This document shows, piece after piece, positions 1-13,309 of a stretch of 64,000 nt of DNA. The notes beneath the pieces were generated by a model. It was not told the DNA's origin and did no database searches. It worked only from the letters and a program-made list of their open reading frames with translations. The number at the start of each line of letters is the position of its first letter. The first letter of the stretch is position 1. The translations under genes were made by a program, and so were the position numbers. The stretch is from Camelus dromedarius (lineage: Eukaryota): the NCBI RefSeq assembly GCF_036321535.1, contig NC_087436.1, positions 43,774,001-43,838,000 of the forward strand, in the 5' to 3' direction.

Positions 1-423
1 TTAGCACCACTGTATTTTCTCACATTATTAAAAACTCTTAAACATACCTTTAAAAAGTTACTTATCATTCCATCCTGTGGATATCCTACGCTTTGGACAA
101 ACACTTCCCTATCTTGGGCATTCAGAGTATTTCCAACTGACAACTTGAAAGGCCAAGAACAAGTTTCTTAGATTCTTGATACAACTCAAATCGAAATATC
201 TTACTGTTTTACGTATGAATATTTGTTTCACTTCATAGTCACTAGTACTAAGATCTTTTAAAATTCTTGCTAAGTAAAATTAGTGTTTAATCAACACTTA
301 GTTTTTATTGTTTTGATTATTATTAATGGTGTTATATTTCTTATGTCTAATAGAAATTTATATTTTATTTTCTAACTTACTATTACCTTTTGGCTTATCT
401 TATATTACCATTCTATTCCTAAG

Positions 424-474
424 ATGATAAAAGAAAATGAAGTTGAACCGAGTGAATCACTTCAGTCTTTGCAG
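424..474 (+). CDS. ZGRF1: ZGRF1 internal coding exon (MIKENEVEPSESLQSLQ); gene begins upstream of the window
   Basis: ttcctaag acceptor, CAG|gtaagt donor, 51 nt, phase 0/0, open frame resembling recalled human ZGRF1. Confidence 0.85.
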
Positions 475-2045
475 GTAAGTTACCTTTAAAATGTAAAGTA
501 GGCAGAAATTGTACTTATTTATATAGTTATGGCATGTAATTTTTTATTTGTATTTTATATTGCCAGTTTTCAAACTTATTTGTAATTAGTTACCCTCTTA
601 TATATATTTAGATGAGCCTGCTGTCTTGTATAAATGTCCTTTGTTGTCAGTTGGATTTGGTTAAATAACAAATCGTTTGTCATAAAACTAATTTTGCAAA
701 CTTGCAAGTGTTACCTAATGGAAGAATCGACATCGACAATTACAGCTACATCTGCAGTCTCTGTTGTCTAAAACAGCACAAAACAAACAAAATCTATTGT
801 GGTGACTCAACCATTTTCACCCTTATGTAACAAGATCAAATATATAAAATAATAAACACTCAGCAGCTGCATAATTTAGCTTACAAATGATCACATTTTA
901 ATGTTTTTTTTTATCACTTAAAAAAATATGGTTTAAACTTTTTCAAGGATAGTTGTCACAAGGTATAAACGCAAATTAATACTGTCACTGTTTTTCCCTC
1001 TAGGATGAGTTGCCATTTAAAATAAATTTATTTTTAAAACAAAGTATTTTATAGTCTCACAGTAATGAAAAAGCTCTTACAGTCTTCTGCAAAAAAAATT
1101 TAAATCTTTTTAGCATTAATATAGGAGTACATTTGTATTTTTGTAATAATTTTCTTGCTACAACTCTGAAACAATCTCTTCATGGACACTAGTAATAGAA
1201 GGAACTTAACAAAACTTAAAATTAGGGTACTCTTTGAGGATATACTTAATGCCACCTTTGCCTTAGTTCTATAAGTGTAATTAGCTACACATAGCAAAGG
1301 AGTTAGAGGATACTATGCTAATTATTTTTAAAACTCACTGTATTAAAAAATGCTAGTTCTAAAATATAAGTTGAATGTTTTAAAAGCTACTTGATTGGCA
1401 GTTGTGCTTATATATAATGTTATAAAAGAAAATGACCATTGTTTGAAGAAATACATTATTTTACCTCCTCTGTCTATTGAGAACAATTTTTCCCCTCCAT
1501 ATTTCTTAAACATAAAATTAGTACTTCTATAGTTGAGTTCATTTTCTAAGTCTGTAATTCATATTAGAAATTATGGCTATTTTATCTAATTACTTGATGA
1601 ACTAAAAATAATTAATTGCTGTTGTCTATATCTTGTGTTTTATGGTTGCTAGGTGGTTCATTCTTTAAATTATTACACTTTTTATAATTTTTCCTTCTTT
1701 AATTTCACACAGATTTTTGAATTAAATAATCAGTGTTAACATAAATATTAGTATGGGAATTATAACATACCCATTCATTTTTTTCTAGTGTTAAAATAAT
1801 TCAATTAAAAGTTTAGAATTTGAATTTTCAATATTCTGAGTTTTAGAATTAATTAGTATAGTACTTTTTCTATAGAGTTCTCCTTTGCCAGGGGTAACTT
1901 GTAGGTCTGTATAGAGAAGCAAGATGGAGATGACATGTGTATTTTCAAAGGACAAACTTTAAGTCTGGGGAGTATTTTCCCATTAAACTCATAAACCACC
2001 TACAAAACTATTTTAGCTAATACACTTAATGATATTTTATCCTAG

Positions 2046-2129
2046 TTCTTTCCCTTGGGCAGTGAAGAAGAGACTGCTTTTCCAGCTCTTATTCCTAAAC
2101 AAATGGAGAGAAAAATCTGTGACCCTAAG
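2046..2129 (+). CDS. ZGRF1: ZGRF1 exon (FFPLGSEEETAFPALIPKQMERKICDPK)
   Basis: ttttatcctag acceptor, AAG|gtaaaa donor, 84 nt, phase 0/0. Confidence 0.85.
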
Positions 2130-3720
2130 GTAAAATTTGTGAAGAATGTTGATTTTCTAAACCACTCTGTCTTCCTACTATTTTCTACACAACTATCAGA
2201 GTTTTCATAGCAGAAGGTTAGTGAGCATAATGAATTAACCTGGTTTTAAGAACAGGAGAAACTAGTAATTCTTACCCCCTGCCTTTTTTCTTTTTGGTTT
2301 TGAGCCCTCTCTCTTTTACTCTGAACTAATAATGCATTATCTATACGTAGGATTCCCTAGAGGTTGGACACAAAGATATGTAAAATACAATTAATAAATA
2401 TTCTGTGGAGAACAAAGTGAAGATCTTTATAAATAGTTCACCACTTTTACTGCAGGCTGAATCTATGGAAGTATATATAACCCAAGCTCTAAGTAGTGCT
2501 GCCCACTCCACAGCAAAAATCGATAGAGACAACAGCATATAAATGGTTGGGTTTTGTAAATAGTGATGCTTTCCCTAAAACTCCACAGCCCTCCGGAAAA
2601 GATCTGCATAGCAGCATAGAAAGCAAGGCATCTATTTGCTTGTAGAGAATTTGTATTCCCAGTCAAACAAAGCAGAATATATAGTCTTTAAAAACTTTAG
2701 GCTTTTTTTTTTTTTACTGAAATGTGTGTGTTTTAAAATTCAGAATAATGTTTTCAACAGAAGTCCTGTTGAAGAGGCATTTTAGATTTGATTTTTCTTT
2801 CAAATGTGTGGTTTAGAATCTTCAGTTTTAAATAAGAGATTATTCAGATTATATATTATTGTCATTTTGTTAATTTATCAGTTTGAAATAAATTTATCCT
2901 TTATGTACATTCCTTTGGCTTTACAGCGGTCTTATTTTTCCACTTTCTGGGTAGGCTTTGTCACCCTGTGTAGAGTAAAAATCCGAGAACCCTCAAGAGG
3001 GCAGCAGAGAAAGCCATTTGAAGTCTGAAAGCAGACTAAGTCTCCGAAGGGATGAAAGCACCCCTCCAAGGTGCATGTCTGTCTTGGTACTGATAGGCCT
3101 TTTTTCTTAGAGCTATAGGGTGAGACCATCTGGGAGGTAGGGAGCCTATCATCCCTCTTGCTAATAGCCTGATAGTTTACAAAACCCTTAAACAAAGGAA
3201 AATGCATCCTCTGTTACTTCTCTTTCTTCATATGTTTGTTTGCCTCCTATATTTCAAGCCTGGTGTTAAATGCAGGTGATACCCTGATGAAGCAGAGAAG
3301 TTTCTGCCCTCAAGGAGTTTGCAGTACAGTTAATATACAGATAAGAAGAAACTTCATTGTAGTATCATATGATGTCCGTAGTGGAAAATTGTATAATATC
3401 TAGTGGAGGCATAAGAAAGGCACACCTGTGTCTTTCTGGCTTAATCACCCTGTTATTACTACTTCTTATGTTTATTATTAAAAAAACATACTTATTAATC
3501 TTGAACTTGAATGCATTTAAATCACTGCACTTTAAACTAGTTAGCCTACCCATAACATGTTTTAGGAGAAATAGGTATGTTTCCTTGTTTTCATTATTAG
3601 TCTCAGTAAATATTTACATTAAGTAATAATAGAAAGCTGAATTATGCATTATTTTCTTTGTATATATGCATTGTAAATATATAAATTTATGCAGTACTCA
3701 TTTTTAATAATTTACTATAG

Positions 3721-3906
3721 CCTGTTGAGTTTCAAGGGCATCAAGTGAAAGGATCAGCTACTAGTGCTGTGATGGTCAGAGGACACAGCTCACAGCTAGA
3801 ATGCAGTCAGCTTCCAGAGAGCATTGCATATGATAACTATACAACAGACACTTGTTTTCTGACACCAAAGTTGCCTAGCACTTGTATGCAGATTGACTTC
3901 TTGCAG
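3721..3906 (+). CDS. ZGRF1: ZGRF1 exon (PVEFQGHQVKG...CMQIDFLQ)
   Basis: tttactatag acceptor, CAG|gtaaaa donor, 186 nt, phase 0/0; overlaps ORF 3745..4029. Confidence 0.9.
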
Positions 3907-4339
3907 GTAAAAATATTTTTATATTGTATCGTGCCAAATCATTTCCTTTATGTCAGTACTAAATTTTGCAAAGAGAGTGTATTTAAATCTTTGTACAGTT
4001 GTAAGTTAAAAAGGAGTTTAGTAAGTTGAAGAAGCATAATAAATCAAACTAAGATAAAAATATTTGAAGGATTTTCACCTTTTTAGGATCAGAAATTTAA
4101 AGGATTACTTTTCACTTCAGAGAAGACTAGGAATTCATGACAAGAGCAGATAGGCAGATTATATATAGAAAATATGTTTAACAGCTGGTAGATTTTTTTT
4201 TCCCTTCTAATGTCCACCCTCCTCCCCGCTAAATATGACACCATGTACTTCTCATTTCTACCAAATGGAATAAGTTATGTAGAGAGGATGATAATGCATG
4301 TATTTAAAATGATACCTGTTAAAGAGATTTCAAAAAATT

Positions 4340-5560
4340 TTTCCGTTTTTAATTAATACACATACAAAATAAGTGTGCAGATCATAGGCACACAGCTCAA
4401 TAATTACCACAAAGTGAACACACCCAGGTAACCTCTACCCTTAAGAAATAGAGCATTACCAGCATTCCAGAAGGCCCCCTTCTGCCCCCTTTCAATCACT
4501 ACCCCTTCCATTCTCCCCAAAGATAACCACTATCTTGACTTATAGTACCATAAATGAATTTTGTTTTTTAGAACTTTATGTAAGTAGAGTAATACACAGT
4601 GTATTTTTTGTGTCTGGCTTTTTCTGTTCAACATTGCAATTTTGAAACTCATCCATGTTGTTATCTGTGGCTGTACTTCATTCATTTTTGTTGCTGGTAT
4701 AGATTCCGTTGTGTAAATACACCCCAGTACATTCTTCAGTGTTTGGGTTGTTTGCATTTGGGGGCTCTTAAAGATAATACTGCTGTGAACATTCACGTAC
4801 CGTCATTAACATGTACGTACATGACACGCTTCTGTTAGTGACACTACCTGGAAGTGGGATTGTTGAATCACTAGATGTGCATGTTTTTACTTTTAGTAGA
4901 TAATGCCAAACTGCTTTCCAAATGGTTGTTTTAGTTTGCCTTTCTGTCAGGAGTGTATGGGAGTTCCCATCACTCTACGTCTTCATCAGCACTTGGTGAT
5001 GACAGTTTTTTTGCTTTGAATTTTAGCTGTGCTGGTGGGTATGTAGTGGTATTTCAGTGATATTCATTGTGATTTTAATTTGCATTTTCCTGCCTAACAA
5101 TGAGGTTGGGACCTTTTCATATGATTATTAGCCCTCTCCATTTCTTCTTTCATGATGTGTTTGTTAAGCTTCCTTCCTCAGTTTTTAGTTGGTATGCTTA
5201 TCTCCCCTGAGTCTGACTTTATCTTTCACTCTTGATGAATGGAAGTTTATAATTTTTAATGCAATACAATTTATCTGTTGTTCCTTTTCTGATTAGTGCT
5301 TTTTTGTTTTGTTTAAGAAGTTTTCCTCTATCCCAAAGTCATGAAGATATTCTCTCATATTGTAGAAACTTTATTATTTTGCCTTTCACATTTCGATCTA
5401 ATTCACCTACAATTGATTTTATCTTCTCACTTTGTTCTTATCTTTTTGCACTTTGAATTATCTTAACAGGTTCCATACATACACATAGAGATGTTGGGAA
5501 TTTGATTGGAATTTCATAGATCTTGTACATAGATATTGGGGAGAATTGACATTTTTGAAC
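4340..5560 (-). mobile_element. Old L1 (L1M-type) 3' region, antisense
   Basis: Typical antisense L1 3' UTR/ORF2-end phrases (catccatgttg..., ttaatttgcattt...). Confidence 0.75.
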
Positions 5561-5574
5561 TTTTAAAAAAATTT

Positions 5575-6230
5575 TGTATTTCATCAAATTCTAAGATACT
5601 ATCACCAATTGTAAGAAGCACTATTATAACATATACCACTAAGAAAAAAGAGCAGTTAACATTATACAATGCTTTATCATTGCCTTTTTTTACATTAAAA
5701 AAAGTAAAAAAAAATCATAAAACTGAGAATCTTAACTTTTTTTTAATCTTAACCATTTTTATGTGCACACGTTAGTAATGGAAAGTTATTTACAGTGTTA
5801 TGAAACAGATCTCCAAAGCCTTTTCACCTTCAGTTAGATTTTTAATGTTATATTTATTGAAAGACTCTTAGATTTATTTGAGCATAGATTTTTATTGTAT
5901 ATCACGCTGCTTTGTTTTCTTGTCTTTCTGTGAACACAGTACTTTTTTGTTCGGTGCTAAACCTTAGTGTGATCTTTTTGAAGACATTTAAACAGCAAAA
6001 TTACTTAATAACGTATAATATTAACAGTGCACAAACTCATATTTAAGTGATCATTATATGAACAGTATGAATACTTTGCATATAGTTGTACATGCACAGG
6101 CAATGACAGCTATGTCACAACTGTTGCCTGTCCTATAGAGGTGTAAAAATGTCATCATTTTTAAGGTGCGTCCCTATTTTAAAGATGTTAAGATGTAAGA
6201 AATGTGAGTCATAAGAACTGATGAAATATG
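5575..6230. mobile_element. Tc2-type mariner DNA transposon relic (Kanga/MER104-like)
   Basis: Degenerate terminal inverted repeats tgtatttcatcaaattctaagat ... ataagaactgatgaaatatg, matching the recalled CCGTATTTCATCGATTCTAAGA terminus. Confidence 0.6.
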
Positions 6231-6419
6231 ATGTACTCTGCTTTCCCTGAATGGAGTTGGCTTCATAATGTTCTTCATATTTCTGTTTTTCTGTGTCTCA
6301 AGTTATAACCATAACTGTATGTATATGTGTGGATACATAGAGGTATATAGAGAGATAGATAAGATATGGATATGTACACATAATTTTTCTAAACTCATAA
6401 ATGGATCTCTATTTTCTAG

Positions 6420-6522
6420 TCCTCAGATGAAGAAAACTTTCCAAAAGGAGGTACTAACTTTAATATTGAAGACAAGTTTCAAGTGATAGCTGAGTCTAAT
6501 AAGGACTCAGTTGAAAATGATT
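6420..6522 (+). CDS. ZGRF1: Candidate extra ZGRF1 exon X1 (SSDEENFPKGGTNFNIEDKFQVIAESNKDSVEND)
   Basis: ctctattttctag acceptor, ATT|gtaagt donor, 103 nt, phase 0/1, no stop, purine-rich exon-like composition. Confidence 0.65.
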
Positions 6523-6612
6523 GTAAGTAAATTGTAAATAAAATTAACATTAAAAAGTATTTGACATTGAACAAACTGTTATGAAAAGATCCATGCTTTT
6601 TTTCCCCCACAG

Positions 6613-6710
6613 CAATTTTAGATTTCTCTCCTAAAGATTCAGAACATTCTTACCATTATTTGGATTATAACTTTAAATCAGCAGAGAGTACTTCGTGGGA
6701 AGCAAATAAG
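6613..6710 (+). CDS. ZGRF1: Candidate extra ZGRF1 exon X2 (S/ILDFSPKDSEHSYHYLDYNFKSAESTSWEANK)
   Basis: Strong tttttttcccccacag acceptor, AAG|gtataa donor, 98 nt, phase 1/0, no stop; with X1 gives 201 nt in frame. Confidence 0.65.
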
Positions 6711-7244
6711 GTATAATGTAAACAAAGTTTTAATAGTTGTGAGTAAAAAATTTTGGTAGTCTTATAAAAAATGCCTATTAAAAACTAAAAAGAAAAATCA
6801 AAATCTTAAGACTGGGTGATTTTTTTTTAACATGATCAAGAAAGTTAATGAACAACCAACCAACATTATTTTAATAATGAAATGCACAAAGTAATTTCTG
6901 TTAGAATAAGTAACAAAATGTGGATGATTACTATCTTTGTTATTCACAGATTTTTCTGTAATGTTACATGAAATGAGAGGCATATATAATTAGAAAGGAA
7001 GAAATAGAAATTAGAAGAATCAGTTAAAAATGAGAGGTTTAAGAGTAATTTTGTAAAGGAGCTGAAGACGAGATAAGCTTGAAAAATTAATAACTTTCCT
7101 AAACCAAATAGAAAATATAATAGAAAAAGAGTCCCAACAATAGTAACAAATATATAATGCAATGCCTAAGCATGATCGTAATTGGAAATGTGTGGAATGT
7201 GTGAAATAGACTATGAAATTTTACTGTGAAATTTGAAATTCATG

Positions 7245-9470
7245 ATAAATAGGAATCCAGCAGTATTTATTGAATGCCTTCTTTAGGTCAGGAAATTGTA
7301 AACTAGGGTATAGGGTTATGGACAAAATAGGAATGATTTCTGTTTTTAAAGGCCAGCAGGAGGAGAAAGATTTTAATGAAGAGAACAAACAAATGAATTG
7401 AGACAATTACTATGTAGAAAAGCTGTGAAAATACTCTGAAATTATAGGGGAATCTACATTATGGATGATTGGGAAGTCTTAAGCTATGGCAGCAGTGAGG
7501 GGAAGAACATACCATGTAAAGAGACAACAAGTATAAATACCCTGAGATTGAAAAGAATTGGGCGGGCTCGAGAAAGTGAAAGAAGGCCGAAGTAGCTGGA
7601 TTGTGGACAGGGAAAGCAGTAATTAAACTGAAACATGAGCGGGACCAGACATAGTCTTGCAGGTTAGGTCAGGCTAAAAACTTTGATACTGCTGTGTTCA
7701 ACTGAGAAATCATTGAAGGATTTTCAGCAGAAAGTCACATGATTCAATTTACATTTTTTAAAGGTTTTGTTGGCTGCTATGTGGAAGATGGATTAGATGG
7801 GCACTGTGGTGGAAGCAGGGAAACCAGTTAAGAAGACCCTTAGATGATAATGACTTGAAGCAGGGATTGTGGCAGTGAAAGTATAGAGGAGTTGAAATTT
7901 TGGAGGTAGAAGCATGGATGTTGCTGGTTTGGATGTACAGAATAGGATGAAAGAGGGGATGAGAAAGACTCCTGCTTTCTGATTTAGCAATGTGGACTGC
8001 GGTGGGCTTTACTGAGGCAGTAAGATGGAGGAGTGTATTAGTCTGCTCAGGTTGCTGTAACAAAATACCACAGGATGAGTTGCTTAAAAAATTTATTTTG
8101 TCACAGTTCTGGGGGCTAGAAGTCCCAAATCAAAGTTCTGGTGAGAACTCTGCTCCCGCTCACAGATGGCTCCCTTCTCACTATATCCTCACATGGCTTT
8201 CCTAGGTATGTGAGAGAGAGAGACACACACAGAAACAGAGAGAGAGCAGGCGAGCTAGAGAGCTCTCTTGTAACACTAATGCTGTGTGATCAGGATACCA
8301 TTCTTATGACCTTTAGTACCTCTTAAAGCCCCTGTCTTCAAATACAGTCACATTCGGGGTTAGGACTTCAATAAAACAAAATTCAGCTATGAATTCTGGG
8401 GGGACACAGTTCAGTCCACATCAGGAGGACCAGGTTTGGGGGGGTATATGGAAGTGGAAGGAATGCCTGTGTGACAGTCAAGTAGAGATGTTAAGTAAGA
8501 AGTTGGGTACATGGGTCTGGTTCAGAGGAGAAGTTTGTGTAGTCATTTACACATAGAAAAGTTTAAAGTACTGAGAATGGATAGGTTTATTTAGAGTAGA
8601 GAGTGTGTCATATCCCATTCTGAAGAACTGGAGGGTGGAGAGGGTTAGTTATATCAATTATTGGTGAGACATCTAATAAAATGAGAAAAGAAACATCGCA
8701 TTTGGCAACTTGGAGGTCTTGGGTGACCTTGGCAAGAGTACTTGCAGTGAAATAGAGTAGAAATCAGTAAAAAGTGGATTAAATAGTGAATAGGTAAGAA
8801 AATAGAGGCAGTGTTTGTGTAAAACTCTTTAGAATAGCATATTTGGTCAGTCAGTCATTCCTTTATCAACTATTTCTTGAGCAACTGCTGTGTGTTGCAC
8901 AGTTTTAGGTGCTAGAGATAGGCCTGTGAATAAAACAGGCAAAGACCTGCCCTCATGGAACTTAAATTCTAATGAAAAGAGACAGACAATAAGAGGGTTT
9001 TAAGTGCTATGGAGAACAATAAAGCCATGTGAGAGGGATAAGAGTGCAGATGTGGATAGAGTTCTATTTTACATAGGTCAAGTAGGGCCTCTCTGCTAAA
9101 ATAACATTGGAGTAGAGATCTGAAGGAAGAAAGAGGTCCATGCAGGTATCTGGAGGAAGAGCATTACAAGCACAGGAAATAGCAAATGTAAATGTTCTGA
9201 GGCAGGAGAGTGCTGGCCAGTTTGTAGAACAGCAAGGAGATTGCCATGGAGTGAGTGAGTTTGAAGAGGAGGTAAGGTTCCTAATCTTGCAGGGCGGTTC
9301 CATGAGACATTGTCAGAGCTGCATTGTACTTTGAGAGAGATCCAGAACCATTGGAATTTTAGTGAGAGGAGTGAAACGATTGAATTTACATTTGGCAAGA
9401 ACTCTCTGGCAGGTTTGTAGAGAAAGTACTATGGGAACAGGGTGTAATACTCAGTAAGTATTGCCTGTGA
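7245..9470 (-). mobile_element. L2 fragments (at least two, antisense), interrupted by an MLT LTR
   Basis: L2 3'-end signatures (cagtatttattgaatgcc; tcagtcattc...tatttcttgagc) followed by purine-rich L2 body. Confidence 0.65.
8034..8423 (-). mobile_element. MaLR solo LTR (MLT1-type)
   Basis: tgtattagtctgctcaggttgctgtaacaaaataccacag ... ggggggacacagttcagtccacatca termini. Confidence 0.8.
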
Positions 9471-9499
9471 TTGTTCTCTTGTTTTGAAGGGACAGTACA

Positions 9500-9730
9500 A
9501 TCTAGACTGCCTGTGTTTGAATTCCAATCCTGCTGCTTATAAGTTGGGTGAATTTCAGCAAATATAATTGTTTAACTGCTTTTTCTCAGTTCCCTCAGTT
9601 GTAAAATAAGAGTACCCACCTCATATGGTTGTTTTAAGGATCAAGTAAGTTAAAAATACAAAGTGCTTAGAATAGTCCTGGGCACACAGTAAGAACTTAA
9701 TAATATAGTAAATCTATTATGCTGATGATT
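9500..9730 (+). mobile_element. MIR SINE
   Basis: MIR core ctcagttccctcagttgtaaaat...gtgcttagaatagt. Confidence 0.75.
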
Positions 9731-10669
9731 GAATTGTAATTTCCCATTTGTTTGTTTCTTCTATTAAACTGAACTCCCTGAGTGTAGGGACCATGAGTAT
9801 TCATCTTCACATTCTTAGCTCATAGCACAGCACCTTGATCCAAGCAGCTAATGAAGAAAATGTTTTAAAATCTAAAAATAATCTTTTTATCTTTATTGTC
9901 ATTTACTCAAAAAACAAATACACAAGCATATTTTAACAAGTTCAAATCATTCAGAAGGGTATAGGATTATAAGTAAAAGAACCTTTCCCCCTAATCCTGC
10001 CTCTATTAGAAACCACTCTTAACAGTTTGATATGTTTTCTTCCAAACTTGTATTCTGTTCTTACACAGATACGTATATTAAATATGATCATCATATTAGA
10101 TTTTTAAGGTGATTAATTTCTGGAAGCAGCAACAAAATTAAATACCATTCTGAAAATAATAACATAGTGAACAATATGACTGTTCAGATGTGGAATATTT
10201 CAAAAAAGTTTATTCCATTTGGGAACAGTATTTTGAAGTTTAGATCAACTGCAGATAAACCCTAGACCTGAGAATACCGAGAAAAGCTATTCAGTCCTTG
10301 GGTCTGCAGGAAGTTTTATCTGCACGGCTCCAAACATGAGGTCTGATTAAGTCTGAGCCCCTCAGACTAGAAACTTATCTTCAGAACCAAATTTCCATAA
10401 CCCAGATCAATCCAAATCAGGATCTGACTCATTTCACATAAATCCATCAGGTTTTATGTTCTGTATTTCACTTTCTATTATTATTATTTATTTTAGTGAG
10501 TTTATTCTATCCTGTCGCTTTTGGAAGAAACTTTGCCCCACTGTAGCTCTACCTAATGTGCTTGAAATAATTATTTTTATAATACAGTTATTAGAAATCA
10601 TTCAAACTATAGGGGAAAAATACAATAAAAAAATCCTGGTCTGTAGTTTTATTTCTTCTTTCTGAATAG

Positions 10670-10793
10670 GTGACATCACCAGAACAAAAGATCTCAACAT
10701 TAAGCCCTCTTTCTACTTTTTCTCTGAACTCAAGAGATGAAGACTTCGTGTTAGAATTCTCTGAGGAGTCCCTGAAAGCAAGAACTTTACCTG
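10670..10793 (+). CDS. ZGRF1: ZGRF1 exon D (VTSPEQKISTL...LKARTLP); 3' end uncertain
   Basis: tctttctgaatag acceptor; the frame-compatible (phase 1) donor at its 3' end is the weak CTG|gtgatc, and read-through hits TAA at about 10814. Confidence 0.65.
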
Positions 10794-12527
10794 GTGATCT
10801 TTACTTTCTCAGATAATTGTTACCATGTTGCTCTAATAGCTATCTGTCTGCATAAAATGAGGTTTTTCATTTTAGAGATTGTTACTAAACTAAAAATAAT
10901 TTTGAAACCACATTCAGTGTCTTATGCCCTAAAGCCTTCCCCTACTCTCTCTCCCTTTGACCTTTTCTATTGCAGGTGGCTCTTAGTTCCAAATACAATA
11001 TTCCCTTCTAGCTGTCTAGTTCCTTCTTATTTCTCCTCTCAACTTCTTATCACTGACTCCTGGAAGTGTCTTCTACTGTTGCAAGACTTCTCACAGCTGT
11101 AACTCCAGAGACTGGCCCCTCTATAGCCCCTTTCTCTCCTAAGGAGAGGATTCATTATGGATCTCTGATCAATACCATTGCTTGACCTTAGCATAACCTC
11201 TTAGTATCCCCTTTTTTGCCTTGTGGTCTTGGCAATATCAGGGAACTCTTCAACTGCTGCTACCTCTGTTGCACTCTCAAGCCTCTGTGTTTTCATACAT
11301 TGTGACTCTTTCCTGTGAGTGATTTCCTGCTTTTGATAAGTATAATACATTCTGTAGGATCCCGTCCACCAATTTTTCTTTTGTCTCTCTCTTTTCTTGT
11401 AATCTCATCAATGTACCTTCTTCTGATTCTGAGGTTATGTTGGGTAAGGGGTGATGTTGTAGGTAATTTTTTGGTCATCGTGGAGAATAGAAAAATAAAA
11501 ACTAGCATGACTGGGTGGTGGGTTGGAGGAGGTTTAGTGCATGTGGTTGGTAGAGGAAACAGGGTAGGGAAGAGTCAGTATGGGAGGAGGGGGTACCTAA
11601 AACAAGTGAAGTGACAATGAGATATAGATGATTTTCATAGTTATGCCATGAATATTTTACTTTTTAATGAGGTTTTAACTTTTCTGTCAGTGTTGCTTGA
11701 TCAACTGGTTAGAATTACAATATAACACCTTATAAAAGAATGTTATTGGCTCACCTACTGCTCTCCTACCTTCCAAGTGACCTCCAGAGTTTATTTCCAA
11801 GAAATAGAAACTCTGTCAAGAAGGTACATTATTATAAAATAGGAAACCATAGCATTGTCAGATAAAAACTTTAAGCTTGTATAGTTACCGTGCAGTATTA
11901 TTCATTCTTTATTTATTCAACAAACATTGCTGTTTACATTTTCAGTAATATAACTATTACTAACACTGCTGACAGAAGGAATTGTAAAACAGACAAAATC
12001 TGCCATTACATGAGTTTACTGGAATTGAACTCTTATCGCATAGCAATGTATCAGAATGAAGCTAAAAATCTTCTTTACCCTGAAGGTCAACATATTAATT
12101 TATGAGTGTAATAAATATATAAAGGAAGTTACAACACATGGCTAAATGAACGGTGAACTTCGGTCTCTTGAGAACAATATTAAGTTGCGAACAAAAAACT
12201 AGTTTTGAGTTCTCTTCGTAACTCTGCCAGTTGGTAGTCATCTTACCTCAGGCTTTGGTGGCAATCTTATCTGTAAAATGAGAATGACATATTCCTTCTT
12301 GGCTGTAAAGTACTTTGAAAACATAAATGTTATGTAAATATAATGTAGTTATGGGGGTAGGGGTGTGGTGTGGAAATCCTTAGCTAAGAGGGGAAAGAAA
12401 AAGAGAAGGATTTCAAGTTTGTCAGCCTTAAAAAAGTCAGAGTATTAATTAAGTTTTGGAATCTTTACTTTTTTGATACTAAAACCATAAAAAATTATTT
12501 TTAAAGAAATATGATTTTGTGTGTTTA

Positions 12528-12551
12528 TGTGTGTGTGTGTGTGTGTGTGTG
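12528..12551. repeat. (TG)12 microsatellite
   Basis: Direct read. Confidence 0.95.
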
Positions 12552-12656
12552 GAAAGCATGTTGGCACTTTTTCTTTTTTTATATGTGTACCCAGTTTCCT
12601 AGAGCCTGGGTGATGTCTGTAATACATTTTTATTTAATCAGTTTTTTTTTCTTCAG

Positions 12657-13309
12657 TAATGAAAAAGTCAAGTTCTCTGGAGAATAAGAACCTTCAAAGA
12701 CTTTCATTAGTAAGTAGAACCCGAGTTCCATTTATTACTTTGCCACCTGCCAGTGGGCCACCTGACTTAGATTCTTACTCACATGTGATCGACTGTGACA
12801 GGCAAGAGTCTTCTGGTTCTCCCATATTCAACTTGTGTGAAGAGTCAGCAACTTCTTTTAGCTTTGGGCCTGAGGACCAAAGTGAAACTTCTTTCTCTAA
12901 AGAATCTAGTGAAATGACTCCAGGATATGTTTCACTTCTCGGTAATATATCTACTCAAAGCAAGTGGCTGAAATTTCAAAACATGCCCCAGTGCAGCTTG
13001 ACTACTCCAGACAGAGTTGATCAGAAAGTAACAGATGGCTTCTTTGCTGAGACTGTTTCTGGGATGCATTTTAGTGATAAAGGTGAAAGACAGAGTGATG
13101 CTGTGAATGAATGCTCTTTAGACTCTATGCATTTGCAAATGATAAAAAGCATGCTTCAACAACAGCAGCAGGATTTTAGCAGTGGAGATTTGGTTTCCAG
13201 AAAGGAAGCACTTTCTTTGAATTTAAAGCAGACTTCTAAGACTGAGGAAATTCAAAATGTGTTAGGAGGGTCTGCCTGCTACAACTGCATTATAACAGGA
13301 GATTTACAG
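12657..13309 (+). CDS. ZGRF1: ZGRF1 large exon E (MKKSSSLENK...ITGDLQ)
   Basis: ttttcttcag acceptor, CAG|gtgagg donor, 653 nt, phase 1/0; corresponds to ORF 12659..13405. Confidence 0.9.
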
